Of a DNA stretch of 64,000 nt, positions 31,357-44,343 are shown in pieces; position 1 is the first letter of the stretch, and each line of letters opens with the position of its first letter. The position numbers and the translations under genes are program-made. Under the pieces are notes generated by a model, which saw only the letters and a program-made list of their open reading frames with translations, searched no databases and was not told the DNA's origin. The stretch covers positions 86,048-150,047 of the forward strand of contig CAWEHK010000025.1 in assembly GCA_963808625.1 (NCBI GenBank), given 5' to 3'. Origin of the DNA: an uncultured delta proteobacterium. Its GTDB lineage: Bacteria; Desulfobacterota; Syntrophobacteria; Syntrophobacterales; Syntrophobacteraceae.

Positions 31357-32880
31357 TCACTCATCTTCTCCAACCACGGTGAAATCGAAGCTTTCGCGGG
31401 ACAGAAGGAGGCCCGTCACCTGGTCATACAGGCCGAGGCGCTGCGTGTAAACACCGGGCGGCATGTCGGCCTTGACCTGGTATTTGTAGTTTTTGACGGT
31501 CCTCTCGTCTTCCTTAAGGAAAAGTTTCCAGGTCTGCCGGTCCTTCAGCTCGCCCTGGGCATCCTGCACTTCGCGCTGGAGCCTGACCGGGAATTTCTCG
31601 TCCGTGGTGTTGAGCATCGTCGCGGTGTAATGGAGCTCCTTACCGGGCAATAAAATGGGGTTGTTGGCCTTGAGCTTCAGGGGAAAGCGCTCGGCCCATT
31701 CGATCAGCAACAGGCAGGCCGGCTTGAGGTCTTCCCAGATGGGCAGAATTTCCGATTCCGGGGTGAGGAAAGTCCCGGTGCCCAGCTCGATCCCGAAGTC
31801 GGGAACGCCGAAGAGGCCGTAGTCCCAGTCAACGCTCGAGCCGGCAGCCGGGGGCGCCTGTGAAAACGAGTAGCCCTGGCCGCGCACGTTGAAAATGGCC
31901 TGCGACATCTGCCCGGCAAGCTCATTCAGGCTGGGTTGATCGACAGCCGGATCGCGAGAACCGGACCAGGGGTAGTAGATGATCTGGCCGTAGCTGTGAA
32001 AGGATACGCCGGCACTGAAGCGAGTGGCCATCCCGAGCTTCATGATCGCCTGCACCTCGGGTTCGGAAGCCGCTTCCGGCCCACGGTAAATATCCGAGCA
32101 GGCCTGATCGCTCGTTCCCGGACCTCCCCACTTAAAGCTGAAGTTTCGATTCAGGTCGACCCCGTAGCAGCCGCCGGGATCGACGCGCCGGTTCTTGCGC
32201 CACAGGCGGTCCACAGCGACCGTGTACTGATGGCCGTCGGGGTTCGCCATGGGTACGATCCAGATTTCCGCTTTGTTCACCAGGGCCTTCACGCTTTCAT
32301 CGGAATCATAGTTTTCAACCAGGAATTTCGCCAAAAGCATCGGGACCTCGACGCCGATCCACTCGCGGGCATGCAGGCCGCCCACAAAAAGAATATCGGG
32401 CTCGAGGGCCTGGTCGGTTTTCACCCCGTCGCTGATCTTGAGCGCCCAGATCGTGCGCCCTTCGTGGCTGCTGCCGAGGTTGTGGACCCTGGCAATTTTG
32501 GGATGTTTTGCGGCCAGTTGGTGCAGTTCCCGGTCAACTTCAGCGTAGGTATGGAACGCTCCCGCGTCGCTTTGAGCGGCGAGAAGCTGCCGCTGAGCAC
32601 CCAGGTATTCGGCCGAGGTGCGATACAGGATATGGACCGTGTAGCCTTGGTCCCGAATGGCAGCCAGCTCGGCATCGGTAACATCGGCGATCAGATGGTT
32701 GGGCTGCACTTCCCATATAGCGCCGAAGTTCGAGAGGACCGCAACGTCTTCAGGGCCGTGAATGTCCACCCGGATAATGCGAAACTCATCCCCGGCGGCC
32801 ACGGTCTGAGGCAGCGCCAGCCCAAGAGAGAGCAACAATGAAACACCACACAGCAAAACGTCTCGCAACAGTTTTTTCAT
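31357..32880 (-). CDS. Secreted M14 zinc carboxypeptidase (carboxypeptidase T-like)
   Basis: Signal peptide; HAREW, NPDG, WRKNR, GVDLNRNF, YRGP...SEPE, SFHSYGQ, GSSVDW, IEL. Confidence 0.92.
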   Translation of the reverse strand: MKKLLRDVLLCGVSLLLSLGLALPQTVAAGDEFRIIRVDIHGPEDVAVLSNFGAIWEVQPNHLIADVTDAELAAIRDQGYTVHILYRTSAEYLGAQRQLLAAQSDAGAFHTYAEVDRELHQLAAKHPKIARVHNLGSSHEGRTIWALKISDGVKTDQALEPDILFVGGLHAREWIGVEVPMLLAKFLVENYDSDESVKALVNKAEIWIVPMANPDGHQYTVAVDRLWRKNRRVDPGGCYGVDLNRNFSFKWGGPGTSDQACSDIYRGPEAASEPEVQAIMKLGMATRFSAGVSFHSYGQIIYYPWSGSRDPAVDQPSLNELAGQMSQAIFNVRGQGYSFSQAPPAAGSSVDWDYGLFGVPDFGIELGTGTFLTPESEILPIWEDLKPACLLLIEWAERFPLKLKANNPILLPGKELHYTATMLNTTDEKFPVRLQREVQDAQGELKDRQTWKLFLKEDERTVKNYKYQVKADMPPGVYTQRLGLYDQVTGLLLSRESFDFTVVGEDE

Positions 32881-32919
32881 CTTAAGTTCCTCGAATTTCG
32901 GTGGTTACGTGCACCCTCA

Positions 32920-33325
32920 TTTTGGCAGACTCGGGAATTAACCGCAGAGCACGCTGAGAGCGCAACGCAGCCGATTGCCGCAACCAAAAAAATTAACCGC
33001 AGAGAGCACAGCGCAGCCGATGGCCGGATCCCAAAAAATTAACCGCAGAGATCGCAGAGGTCGCAGAGAAAACAATGACTTCGTACGCCCCCGCACAAAT
33101 GGGTGTCCGAATGCCACTCGTCATTCCCGCGTGTTTCTGGCGGGAATCCAGGCTGTGCAAATTCCCTGGATTCCCGCTAAGAGCATGCGGGAATGACGAC
33201 CGGGTGGCAATGGGCACTTTATTCTGCTGTGCTGTACTAAGGTTCAAATTATTTAAATCTAATCAAGGTTCTTGTCCAACTTTTTGTTTTCTCTGCGTTC
33301 TCTGCGTTCTCTGCGGTTAATTCTT
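32920..33325. repeat. Inverted CGCAGAG element (filled form) containing a MITE at 33081-33241
   Basis: Three TTAACCGCAGAG units, the MITE, then CTCTGCGTTCTCTGCGTTCTCTGCGGTTAA. Confidence 0.8.
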
Positions 33326-33470
33326 TTGGTTACGGCTTGCACAAGACGGCTATAGCACTTCGGTTATCGCACAAGACGGCAAAGACGAGACGCCGCATCA
33401 AACTGGAACCAAAAGCGGGCTCAAGAATCATCTCGAACCCGCTTGCCTCGCGCCGGTGCAGGGAAAGGAG

Positions 33471-33503
33471 GAATGACAGGCCCCTTGCGAGGGCCTGTCA
33501 TTC
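33471..33503. terminator. Strong hairpin just downstream of the 33523 gene
   Basis: GAATGACAGGCCC-loop-GGGCCTGTCATTC. Confidence 0.55.
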
Positions 33504-33522
33504 GCATCAGGGGGTCATTGAT

Positions 33523-36500
33523 TTAGGGGCAGACCAGCGTTTCGTCGCTGTCCTTCATGCCCCGGAAGCGCCATTCGTTGACAAAGCCGGTCAAGCCTTT
33601 GCCATCGCCCTCCAGCTTGCCGCAATCCGAAGGATCATCCATATCCCGATCGGAGCAGGAAAGATGGAAAGTGGAGACACCGGTGCCGTACGGAACGGTC
33701 GTCCCCGCCTTGAAGATCTGCCAGTAAACATCGTTGGGCGACCCGGCGAACCCGCTTATGGTGACGTTATCGCCTGGATCAATACCGTTCACCGTCGCCA
33801 GCTGGGTGCTCCCAATGGCGCCCTTCCAGGCCACGACGTCAACCGCCATGGTCCCCTCCCATTTCATCGTCAGCGCATCGATAGGCTTCGAGCAGGTCAG
33901 GGTGCCGCCGCCGCCCGGCGTTGTTCCCGGATTGAAGGCCACTTCGCAGCCCTCGGCGAAGGTCACCGTAATGCCGTAGTTACCCGGGGTGGTCTTGGCT
34001 TTCTTGGCGAACTCGAAGATCAGTTTTTGATGTTCATGAGCTTTGAGCTGTCGCTTCTTGATGTCGTTGATAAACGTGGTCACGGTTGCCTCGGTCGGGG
34101 GCAGTTCGGTCTTGAAGATCTCGTCGCCCTCCACCTTGATCTTCTTGAGGTTGCCGTGGCTGCTCGGCCATTTGATGTCAATGCTCTGGATGGTGATCGG
34201 GATTGAGCTGTCGTTGGTCAGGACCCACTCGATCTTATTGTCGCCGATCTTGATTTTGTTGGCCCCAGCGGCCGTACAGGTTGACCCTGGCCCTGGGTTG
34301 ACCTTGACTTTCGCACTCGACTGGGCCTGGCAAAGAGCGCCGTTCGCTCTCGTTCCGGTGGCATAAGCGGTGTTGGTAACCGTCTCGGAGATTTCAGCCA
34401 GCATGCTGTGCTGGACAGTCTCTCCCGCTCCCAGGACCGGGATGAAAGCGATCTCCCCAAGCCAATCGTCGGTAAATGGTGATATTGTCAATGGCCACCG
34501 TTGCCGTTATTGGTCAAGATGTATTGGAATTCGACCTCAGCCCCTTCCCGTTTGCCATTGAATTCCTCCAGCGTGAGACTGCCGTAGACATCCCCAGCCT
34601 GGAGCGGCTGCGAGCAGGAGGTGTGAATCTTGTTATTCTCCGATGCCCCACCCGGGTTGGTCAGGGTAAAATAGGAATCGGTGTTAAAGGTGCTGGCCGA
34701 TACCGTGAATTCTCCACCCGGACTTACGACGGCAGGTGTAATGGTGTAGCCGGTGTTGGTCGTCGTCACCGTAACGGGCAGGAGGGGGTCGAGAGGAGGA
34801 TTGGATGGCGTACAGATCGCCTTACCAAGGGCCTGGGTATTGCTGCTTGCCGCGCAGCCCCCGCCGGTGTACCTGAAAGTCAGGCTGGTGGGTTTGCCCA
34901 CCGTTTGACAATTCGGGCGCGGGCCGAGTTCCGCCACGCAGGTATGATTCAATGACGGATCATCCGGTGTGCACTTCAGCACCTGGTCGTTAGCTCCTGC
35001 CATGCCGTCAAACACCCACTTATTCACATAGCCGGTGAGGGCCTTCCCGTCACCGGCAATCTTGCCGCAGTCCTCCGGGCCGTTCATGTCCACATCCGAA
35101 CAGGACAGGTGAAAGGTTGACTTGCCCGTACCGTAAGGGGTTTCGGTGCCCGCGTAAAAGACCTGCCAGATCACATCGTTTCCCGAGCCGGCATAGCCCG
35201 TGACGATAACCTGGTCACCGGGCTTGATATTGTCCACGTCGGCCAGCAGGGTGCTGTTGATCGCACCTTTCCATGCCTTGATGTGGACCCTGGTGCCATC
35301 CCCAGGCTGCCAGATCATCGACAGGGAGTCGATGGGTTTGGCGTCACTGCACACGAATGGCGCGGGTCCCTCGGCCATGGTAGCGCAGGTCTTATCCAAT
35401 TTCATCCGACAGCCGCTGTCTCCCATGGTCGCTTTATGTTCCGGATGGAAAAACAGGGTATTACGCCCATCGGCGCCCTCGATCCGCCAGGTGTACTCAC
35501 CGGCTGGGATCCCAGAGACGACGACATCCGCATCGGGAGTCGAACCGTCATCGAGACCGACCTTGAAAACCTCCCACTCCTGGTTGCCCGAGGGGTTGTC
35601 GTTAATTGCGGTCCATAGGTCGCCGGGAGCGATGATCGTGTATTTAATAGGGGGCGGAATTACGAATTGCCAGTATGGACTGTCATCCAAAGGATCGCCG
35701 GGATTGACGCCCTGGTTAAGGGTCTGCGGTGAGGTCGGAAAGGGAGGTTGGGGAGGCGAGTTGGGATCGTTGGTATCATCAGCCCGATCCAGGTCGCCGT
35801 CCCAAAAGGTCAATCTCACCGAGGGCTCCATCAGGCGCACCGTCCATTCGAAGGTCCCGTCGTAGGTGGTCGGTGGAAAGAACTGAGGCCTCGGGTCATT
35901 CGGACCATAGGCGACGAAGCCGATGGAGCTTCCTTCCATGATGAAAGCGGAGCCCTGGAGCGCGACTTTCAAACCGTTCTGTTCATTGACAAGAGTCAGC
36001 GGTTGGACCCAGTCGAGCGCCAGGTTGTAGTAGTAAACGTTATCCTCCGCGTTATAGGCGCCGGGATCCTGGGGTATCAGCGCCAGCCCGCTCGTGTCAC
36101 AACTCGAGAAATTGCTGGGGCTGAGAACACACCAGGCGTCATCGGGCATCGTTCCGCCGTTCCATTGGTATAAACGGTCAGCAGCATTGGAGTTGAGCTT
36201 CAACAGCGGGTCGCGGTAAAGGTTGAAAATCACCTGGTCCCCGGTATTGGAGGTTGGCCAAGCCGCAGTGTTCCCAAAGTCCCACTTACCACTTAGGCTG
36301 CCGTCAAAAATCTGCAGCTTGAACGCCGTCAGGGAAGCAGGGACTGCCAATGAAACACTGAGGACGTTATTTGTGCCACCTACGTCACCGAGGCTGGCAG
36401 TACCGCGAACGACATTGAGGAAACGCCCGCTCGTGGGATCCAGGTCAGGCATACCCGTAAGCGGTACGGTGGCACCCGCCGATAGATTAGCCGGCGGGGT

Positions 36501-36620
36501 GGTAAGGAGTACTGGTGGCTTCGCCGCAACAGGCTGCGCGGTGAGCAGACCGGACATCACCGTCGCCAGCAACAGCACCGCGATGCAAAACAATCGAGTA
36601 ATCAGTCTTCTTGTCTCCAT
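33523..36620 (-). CDS. Large secreted Cys-containing repeat protein (~1030 aa; one frameshift near 34490)
   Basis: Signal peptide METRR...VAA; two copies of a ~120-aa KPID.L.M.W...AWKGAI...STFHLSCSD....DCGK..GDGK domain; IHTSCSQPL motif. Confidence 0.75.
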
Positions 36621-36835
36621 GGATTTCTCCTTTTTAGATTTAGTTAAATGGTCCCTCACTTTTGCCCTCTTAATGTTGTGAATTATCGTGGTGTTGAAAG
36701 ATTGTAGGGGTCAGTTCCTCTTTCTCAAGTTGAAAACAACTTCATTCAGGAACCAAAACTTTGGGCGCCGCTGATCCTGTTTACTCATCACCCTGGCGGC
36801 CGAGGCAGCTTTAGAGGAGGTCCAGGCGCAAACAG

Positions 36836-36872
36836 AAAAAAAAGCCGGGCCACCTCTTCCAGGCAACCCGGC
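36836..36872 (-). terminator. Intrinsic terminator of the riboswitch expression platform
   Basis: GCCGGGTTGCC-TGGAAGA-GGTGGCCCGGC-TTTTTTTT, overlapping the aptamer 3' strand. Confidence 0.8.
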
Positions 36873-36938
36873 TATCCTATACCGATAGGACCCGTAGCTT
36901 TCCGTCCCCCCCTCACGAAGGGTTTGGCTTTTTCTAGT
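36858..36938 (-). ncRNA. Cyclic di-GMP-I (GEMM-I) riboswitch
   Basis: AAAAAGCCAAACCCTTC-GTGA-GGGGGGGACGGAAAGCTACGGGTCCTA..TAGGATAGCCGGGTTGCC matches the GEMM-I consensus; sits 5' of the 36620 gene. Confidence 0.9.
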
Positions 36939-37066
36939 TTTTAAATTATGGAATGTAGCCTAACAAATCCCATCGGCATTGTCAACAGATTTTTCGCGGG
37001 AAAAAAGACCGCTCGACCAAAAACAACCATCGCTTCAACAGCCGCCAATGACTTCGCGATGATCTC

Positions 37067-38784
37067 TCATTGCACCTTATATGCCATAACATTGTTGGTT
37101 TCGTTCTTTTCCGAAACCTTGCCGGCATAGTCGGCTTTGACAATGATGTATTTCCCGATCAGGGACGAGCTGTAGGTAAGCGTCATATCCAGGTACACAT
37201 CCTGGCCGGCCGCCAGGCGGTGGTGACATTTTGGACCAGCAGGCGCGAACCCAAGTTTGACGCCGTCGGTCGAATAATAATAGCCTACAGCAAATGCGCC
37301 GGCAGCATTGTTGCCGATGTTGCTCACTTTCACCCTTCCGGTAACGGTCTTGCCGGCGTTGGAAGAGGTCAGGCTTTCCCACGAGGCGGTAAGATCGGCA
37401 GCGGGGGGAACAAGGGTCGGCTTCAGGGTGTAAGGTCCCAGACGCACCATTGTTGCCCTCGACGACAATGTAGTAGGTCCCCGGCGGGGCATTGGGATAG
37501 ACCGCAACCGTATCGCCAAAGGCCACGCAGTCGTTGCGGTCGCAGGATTTCAGAATGAGCACATCGAGGTCCCGGCCGGTGATGTTGGTCAAGGTGGCGG
37601 TGAGGTCACCCTTGGTCGGTGGTGGTGATCGTGTGCACCTTGTGGGGACCGCTTAGGTTGCGGGTGGTGCAGGAATAGCTGCTCACGTCGGTGGGACTGC
37701 CGAGCGGTGGTGCCGTTGTAGCCTCTCCCCAGGGTAAGCTTGACCGGGGTGGTGCAAACCAGGTTGGGAAGCGGGGGGTCAACCGGACACGTGGTAAACT
37801 CCACAAAATTCGCAGCGTAGCCGACATTGGAGACGCCATAGCGAACCCTCATGTATCCCGACTCTCCCCACAAGGGTCCCCAACTGTTCTTGACAATCCA
37901 ATAGCCGTTATCGGTGCCGTTGTCATCAAACCACCCGACCAGCGTTACCGAATGATTGACATCGTCGGCGCAGGTATCGCCGAGGTTCATGATCCCGCTC
38001 CTGTAGGCCTGGAAATTGGGACCCGCGCAGATACCGACGGCAATCGGGCCGTAGACATACATGGCTTCTTTGATGTTGGCGGTTGGCGCCACGGCCTCGT
38101 AACTGGCGATGTAGGCCCAACGGTCGGCCTTGTAGGCGGTGAGCGTGGGGCACGTTGCATGCCACATCGGCGCCCACATAGGGGATGACGGACTCGAGCA
38201 CCGCACCGGCCTCCGTGTCACCCTTGGCGGAGTCAAACCTGTTTATGTGAAGGGCATGGAGAAACCATCCTCCGTTGCAGCCATAATAGTATTTGTTGCA
38301 CGAAATGAGGTGCTGTTCCGAAAGGTCTTCCGTCTTTCCGCAGCGATTGCTGGCGATGATCTCCAGGGGCATGACGGTTGCAAAGGCCCAGCAGGAGTCG
38401 CATGCACCCTGATCTCTTACCGGGGTATTGCCACCCGGCTGCTCCCGCCAGTCGAAACCCGGGCTGATGGTAGGTCGTAAGGAAGGGGGGGACATCTACA
38501 AACTCGCCGGTCTCTCTCCAATCCGGCGGTACAATCAGGCCGGTGATCTCGGAGAGGCTTTGTTCCATGGCAGGATTGTAGCCTACCTCGAAGGTGGCCC
38601 CGAGGGCATCCAGTTCGCTTTGAAGTTCGAGCAGTGCTCCCTGCAGTTCCGGCCGTTCAGAGAGCAGCGGCTCCTCGTCGGTCGTCTGAGCCGGAAGCGG
38701 GGGGCAAAGAATGAGAAGCGTCAGGAACATGAGCAGACCCGAACTCCACGAACGTCGTCCAAACCTTTGTTTTATTTTCGCCAT
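37067..38784 (-). CDS. Secreted papain-family C1A cysteine protease with C-terminal beta/CARDB-like domains (frameshifted paralog)
   Basis: RDQGACDSCWAF, LSEQ, NHSVTLVGW, YWIVKNSWG..WGESGY. Confidence 0.85.
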
Positions 38785-39952
38785 GAGAAATCCTCCTTTG
38801 TTTTTTTGAACAACCAATCGCCCGCATGAGAGAGCGGAATATCTGGTAACGCTCAACGCGCCACCGGGGCAGAATTCAGAAGCCGAACCTCTGATGCCCT
38901 TGTCTGAACGACTCAGACACTCTTGCATTCTAAAGCAACTCTATGGGAGTTTAAAAGGCACAAGTTTGAAAACAGCTTCACCGAAGAGAGAGATTTGCAA
39001 AAGCCGTTCCCGAAGCGGGGATTAATCTGTTTATATTATAAAAGCAAGTATATAGAATTAAAAGCACAATCTTTATCTTGCTCAAATGTTCAACCGTGCT
39101 CAGGCCAACGATTCATACCAAAGCGATTGATGCTCATTTCATGTTGCCCTTCACAAATAAGATTAGCTGTCTATCATGAAATGCAATAGTCATTCCTAAA
39201 CGCATATTCTCTGTTTAGACAAGTAAGTGCCAGGCCAACGAAAGCAAGGTATAGATGCTCGAACGGACAATCTTATCTCGCCTTCCGGTATGCCGCCATG
39301 TCGGCAACCATTCATGCCAAAGCGATTAAGGCTCATTTGCATAATGCTCCTTCCGCGCTCCGGACTGCCTCCCCTGTCGGCGACGGCGCCCAGCAGCAGG
39401 GGCATGGCCCTGGAAGCCTCAGCCCCGCCCGGTTTTAGTGGTAAGTTTCTTGCATAAACCCAAGTCGTGAAAGTTAACATCAAATGTCGATTAATAGGTA
39501 ATCCGGAACAGAGGCCGGCAGGCTTCGAGAGACAGGTTTTTCCGGGGACCAGGAACTTGAAATGATTCGGATTTTCTCCGGAGACATCTTCAAGTAACAA
39601 GGCAAAGATTTTTTTCGGGGTTTTTGGACTCTCCTCTGGAGGTCTTTGCGGCGCGGGATAAAGGATGGACAAGAAACTCGCCGCCGGGTAGAAAACTGAG
39701 GTCGATTTGCACCCCAAAAAGATGAAAAATCTACCATTCCGTAGAGTTCTTTAAAGCGGTCGCAAACGATTGAATTTTGGGGATGCTGATGATATAGGTG
39801 CAGGAGGTCGGGAGTTCTCAAGGGCCCGCAAAGGGCCCTGCTGAGCGATGGTTGTTAATGATCGGCCTCTGTTTTTTCAAAAGATTCCATCATGATGCTG
39901 AGATTAGAGGAGTCGCCGGAATGATGCCGCAGAAGAAAAGATTTCCATTTAT

Positions 39953-40828
39953 TTGGCACTGGCAAATTTGGTGTTGATTTTTTTGCTGAGTGCTTTTTCG
40001 ACATCAGCTTTCTCAGCGGACCTTCCTGAAATCAAGGAAAAGGGCGTTCTGCGACACCTGGGTGTCCCCTATGCTAATTTTGTGACGGGGAGCGGGGATG
40101 GGCTCGATGTGGAGATGATCAAGCTTTTTGCTCAGCACCTCGGCGTCAAATATGAGTTTGTCGATACCACCTGGGATAATTTTGTGGCGGATCTTAGCGG
40201 CAAGAAGGTCAAACCCACCGGGGACAATGTGGAAATCCTCGGCCCGGCGCCGGTCAGGGGGGATATTGCCGCCAATGGCATAACGGTGATTCCGTGGCGG
40301 GAGAAGGTGATCGATTTCTCCGTGCCCACCTTTCCCAATCAGGTGTGGCTGGTTGCCGCGGCCAATTCCCCGCTGAAACCCATCGAGCCCTCCGGTGATC
40401 CCGGAAAAGATGTCGCAGCCGTCAAGGCTCAGATCAAGGATGTCAGTGTCATGGGGGTAAATGACACCTGCCTGGACCCGCGCCTTTATGGTCTGGACAA
40501 ATCCGGAGCAAAATGCAGCGACTTCGAAGGTTCGGTGAACGAGATCGTTCCCGCGATCATCAACGGTCGAGCCGATGCCACCCTGCAGGATGTTGCGGAT
40601 GCCCTCATGTCCGTGGAAAAATGGCCCGGCAAGATTAAAGTGATCGGACCGGTTTCTCCCATGCAGGACCTGGCTTACGCGTTTTCACGGTCATCGCCGC
40701 AACTGCGGGAGGCCTTCAACAAGTTTTTTGAACAGTGCATGAAAGACGGCACCTACCTGCGCCTGGTGGAAAAGTATTATCCTGCGATTCCGAAATATTA
40801 CCCCACATTCTTTGAACCGAAGAAATAG
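39953..40828 (+). CDS. Family-3 (amino-acid type) periplasmic solute-binding protein with no adjacent transporter
   Basis: DL.EIK..GVLR, GLDVE...FA..LGVKYE, DIAANG.T..PWR...IDFS.P. Confidence 0.85.
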   Translation: MALANLVLIFLLSAFSTSAFSADLPEIKEKGVLRHLGVPYANFVTGSGDGLDVEMIKLFAQHLGVKYEFVDTTWDNFVADLSGKKVKPTGDNVEILGPAPVRGDIAANGITVIPWREKVIDFSVPTFPNQVWLVAAANSPLKPIEPSGDPGKDVAAVKAQIKDVSVMGVNDTCLDPRLYGLDKSGAKCSDFEGSVNEIVPAIINGRADATLQDVADALMSVEKWPGKIKVIGPVSPMQDLAYAFSRSSPQLREAFNKFFEQCMKDGTYLRLVEKYYPAIPKYYPTFFEPKK

Positions 40829-41155
40829 CAGGAAGGATTAACCGCAGAACCGTCAATGAGTTAGACGATTATTGGTTACTAAGAAGTTGAAGGTTGCAGT
40901 GGAGACCTCGTCATCGGATAACCGGATAATCGGATTGAATCTCGAATCCCGCTACACTGAATGTCCACTGAGCGATTATCCTACGTTGTAACCGTTTAAT
41001 GCAATTGCGGCATAATGAACAACGAATCTCGATTGAACTGCTAACTTCCTTGTCTTAGGGCTCTCTTCCCCTTAAAATTCCCTCATTAGCGGTTCCGGAC
41101 GCCTGGTTTCATTTGGGGGCGTGAGTCCAATCCGTGGCCTTAAGGAGTCGGGGAT

Positions 41156-44100
41156 ATGGCCCAAGCAAATCGCACCACGACCAGACGACGCTCGATGCCT
41201 GCCTTGCTGGCGGCGATCCTGCTGACCGCGCTCGATTGCCTTTCTCATCGGCAAAATCTATGAGTCGGAGGTGGAGTTGCGGGAATTCGCCATGGCCAAT
41301 TTGCGCCAGGACCTGGCAAACCGCGCCGCCGCATTCAGTTTCCTCTTTTGGAACGGAAAAATGATCTCCAGGACCTCACCGAAAGTAAGGCACTCTCCGT
41401 TTTTTTCGAGAACAAGGCCCTCGGAATGAGCATGGAATACGGGCTGAAAGCCAGTCTCCTGGGTATCCACGACGTCTTTCTCCGGCTCCTTAGAGATCGA
41501 AAATTCGGGAACACGAAGGCCTACGACCGCATCCTTTTCCTCGATGATTCCGGCCAGGTGCTGGTCGATAGCTTGACGGGAATCCTCAATCCGGAAGCGG
41601 GAGCGAACTGGAACCGGTTTCTTGCTCCGGGGTCCCGGTGAATCGCAGATCATCGTGGAATATGATGGAGACGCGCCGGAGGTGATCATTTCCGCGGCCT
41701 ATTACTTCAAGACCGCGTACGTGGGGCAGATCCTCGCATGGGTCCCGATCCGGTCCATTTACGACAATCCGCTGATGCAGCACAAGGGTTCCACGACGCG
41801 TATCTACTATTTCACTTACAGCCAGGACGATTCCGTGGTTCCCTTTGCAGCGGAGGAGGCGGCTGGTTTTTTGTCCGCTGATGACATTGCCCGGGTCTCT
41901 TTTGACCAGGGCAATGATATCAAGCGGTTTACCATCGCGGGATACCGTGGAGAGCTTATGGCTGCTCGCGCTGTCATCAGTGGCACGCCCTTCTGGATTA
42001 CGACGATTTTGCCCGCAGCCGAACTGCTCGGGACCTCGGAACTATGGCATCTGCCCACGGCCCTTGCGGCCTTGGCGACACTTCTTCTGGGAGCAACGTG
42101 GATGGTTTGGAGGAGCTCCGTCCGCAACCTGGTGCTCCAGACCCGCCTTGAAGAGTCGTCCAAACAGCAAGAGGCCATGGTCGAGAAAAATCGCGAACTG
42201 GAAGCAGCAGATGAGCGAACGCAGGCGGGCGGAAACAGCGCTGCGCGATTCGGAAAGGCGCTATCGGGACCTTTTCGACAACATCTCGGATTTCATTTTC
42301 ACGCACGATCTTGAGGGGCGCCTGTTGACCTTCAATGCCGCTGTTTGCAGGACCCTGGGTTATTCCCCGGAAACCATCAAGGGCAAGCCTTTGGCCGATT
42401 TCATGCGGCCTGACCAAAGATCGGCTTTCTATCAACACTACCTGCCCCAGATCCAGAGCCGTGGCAATTTCCGGGGCATCACCCCGTTCCTCGCCAGGGA
42501 CGGGTCTCAGCGCTACATCGAATTCGAGAATTCGGTCGTCAAAGAGAGCGGCAAGGAGACCTATGTCAGGGGTTCCGGGCGCGATATTACGGCGCGCAAG
42601 CAGGCTGAAGACGAACTGCGGGAAAGTGAAGAACATTTGAAGACCATCATGGAGGCCATCCATACCGGAGTGATGGTAATCAACGCGGAAACGCAGCGGA
42701 TTGTGGACATCAACCCCTATGCCTTGCAGATGATCGGGGCGCCGAGGGAGGAGGTGGTTGAGCAGCATTGCGAGCAGTATGTGGTCCGTAGCGATGCGCG
42801 GCGGTTCCTGCCATGATGGACGATGCTCATGGCGTAAGGATTTCGGAGCAGCAATTGCGTTCCGTCGACGGCGAGCATTTTCCCGATCTTATTGACGGAA
42901 GTCCCGGTCGTGAGGAAGGGACATGGTTATCTCATTCAGAGCTTTTTCGATCTGACCGAGCGCAAGCGTCAAGAGGAGGAACTGCAGAAGGCCAAAGAGT
43001 TGGCCGAGTCTTCCAGTCGCGTTAAGACGGAATTCCTTGCCACCATGAGCCACGAAATTCGGACTCCCCTCAACGTCATTGTGGGGATGAGCGGGCTGCT
43101 CGCGGAAATGGACCTGAGCGAAGAGGTGCGGGAGAATGTTACCATCTTGAGGAATTCCGGAAAGACACTCCTGAGCCTGATCAACAATATTCTGGACCTC
43201 TCGAAAATTGAAGCCGGTCATCTCGAATTGGAGTGCGTTGAGTTCGATCCTGCCGAACTGGTTCAAAGCGTGTGTGGGGTGATGCAGGTTGGCTGCGCAT
43301 GATAAACCGATCCAGGTGACCTGTGAGCTCTCGCCCGAGATTCCGGCCGAAGTGATGGGGGACCCGGAGCGGGTGCGCCAGATCCTTACGAATTTGGTCG
43401 GGAATGCCATCAAGTTCACGCACGAGGGTTCCGTGGTGATTGCGGTCGAAAGAGAGTACCCGGGAAGGGAACCTGGGGCAGGTTTTTCGGGATGCTGCAG
43501 AGACCGAAAACGACGAGGTGGTCCTCCGGTTTCGCGTGGCCGATACCGGAATAGGCATCGAAGAGGAGAAACTGAAGTTCATCTTTGACACCTTCACTCA
43601 GGGGGACTCTTCAGTCACCCGACGTTATGGCGGCACGGGACTCGGCCTGACCATCTCCAAGCGGCTGGCGGAACTGATGGGGGGAAACATTCGGGCAGAG
43701 AGCACCGTCGGCCGAGGAAGCACCTTTTGCGTCACGCTCCATTTCAGGGCTTGCGCCTTGCGAGGAAGGCTCGAGGCACCCTCGCTGCGAGACCCAAGGA
43801 ACCGCCGGCATGGCCGACCGGGGCGCTGCCCGCCGGAACGCCCGGGCGAACGGAAAGGCATTTCGGCTGCGAGGGGGCCGTTGCCTTATCGCCGAATCAG
43901 CCTCAGCGATCGCGGGACCTCCCCGGAAGCGCCTCCGCCTGCAGCGGAACTCCCTGCCTCCTCGGCGCATTCTCCTGGTCGAGGACAGTGAGGCCAACCG
44001 CTTTCTCGTCCTTGCTTACCTCAAGAACACCAGCTATCAGATCGACATCGCTGAAAACGGGCTGGTCGCCCTGGTGAAGCTTAAGTCCAAGCCCTACGAT

Positions 44101-44340
44101 CTCGTGCTCATGGACCTGGAAATGCCGGAGATGGACGGTTACACGGCGACGCGTCGAATTCCGAAAATGGGAAGCCGAAAATCGGGCGCCGGCCGACTCC
44201 CGTCATTGCCCTGACGGCGCATGCCTTCAAGGAATACAAGGATAAGAGCCGGGATGCCGGGTGTACGGCCCATCTCACCAAGCCCATCGAGAAATACCAG
44301 CTCCTGGCAGCGATTCGCGATTTTATCGGGTGACTCGTAA
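41156..44340 (+). CDS. Membrane hybrid histidine kinase (periplasmic sensor, 2 PAS, HisKA, HATPase, REC); multiple frameshifts
   Basis: [59 protein letters not shown]. Confidence 0.85.
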
Positions 44341-44343
44341 GAA

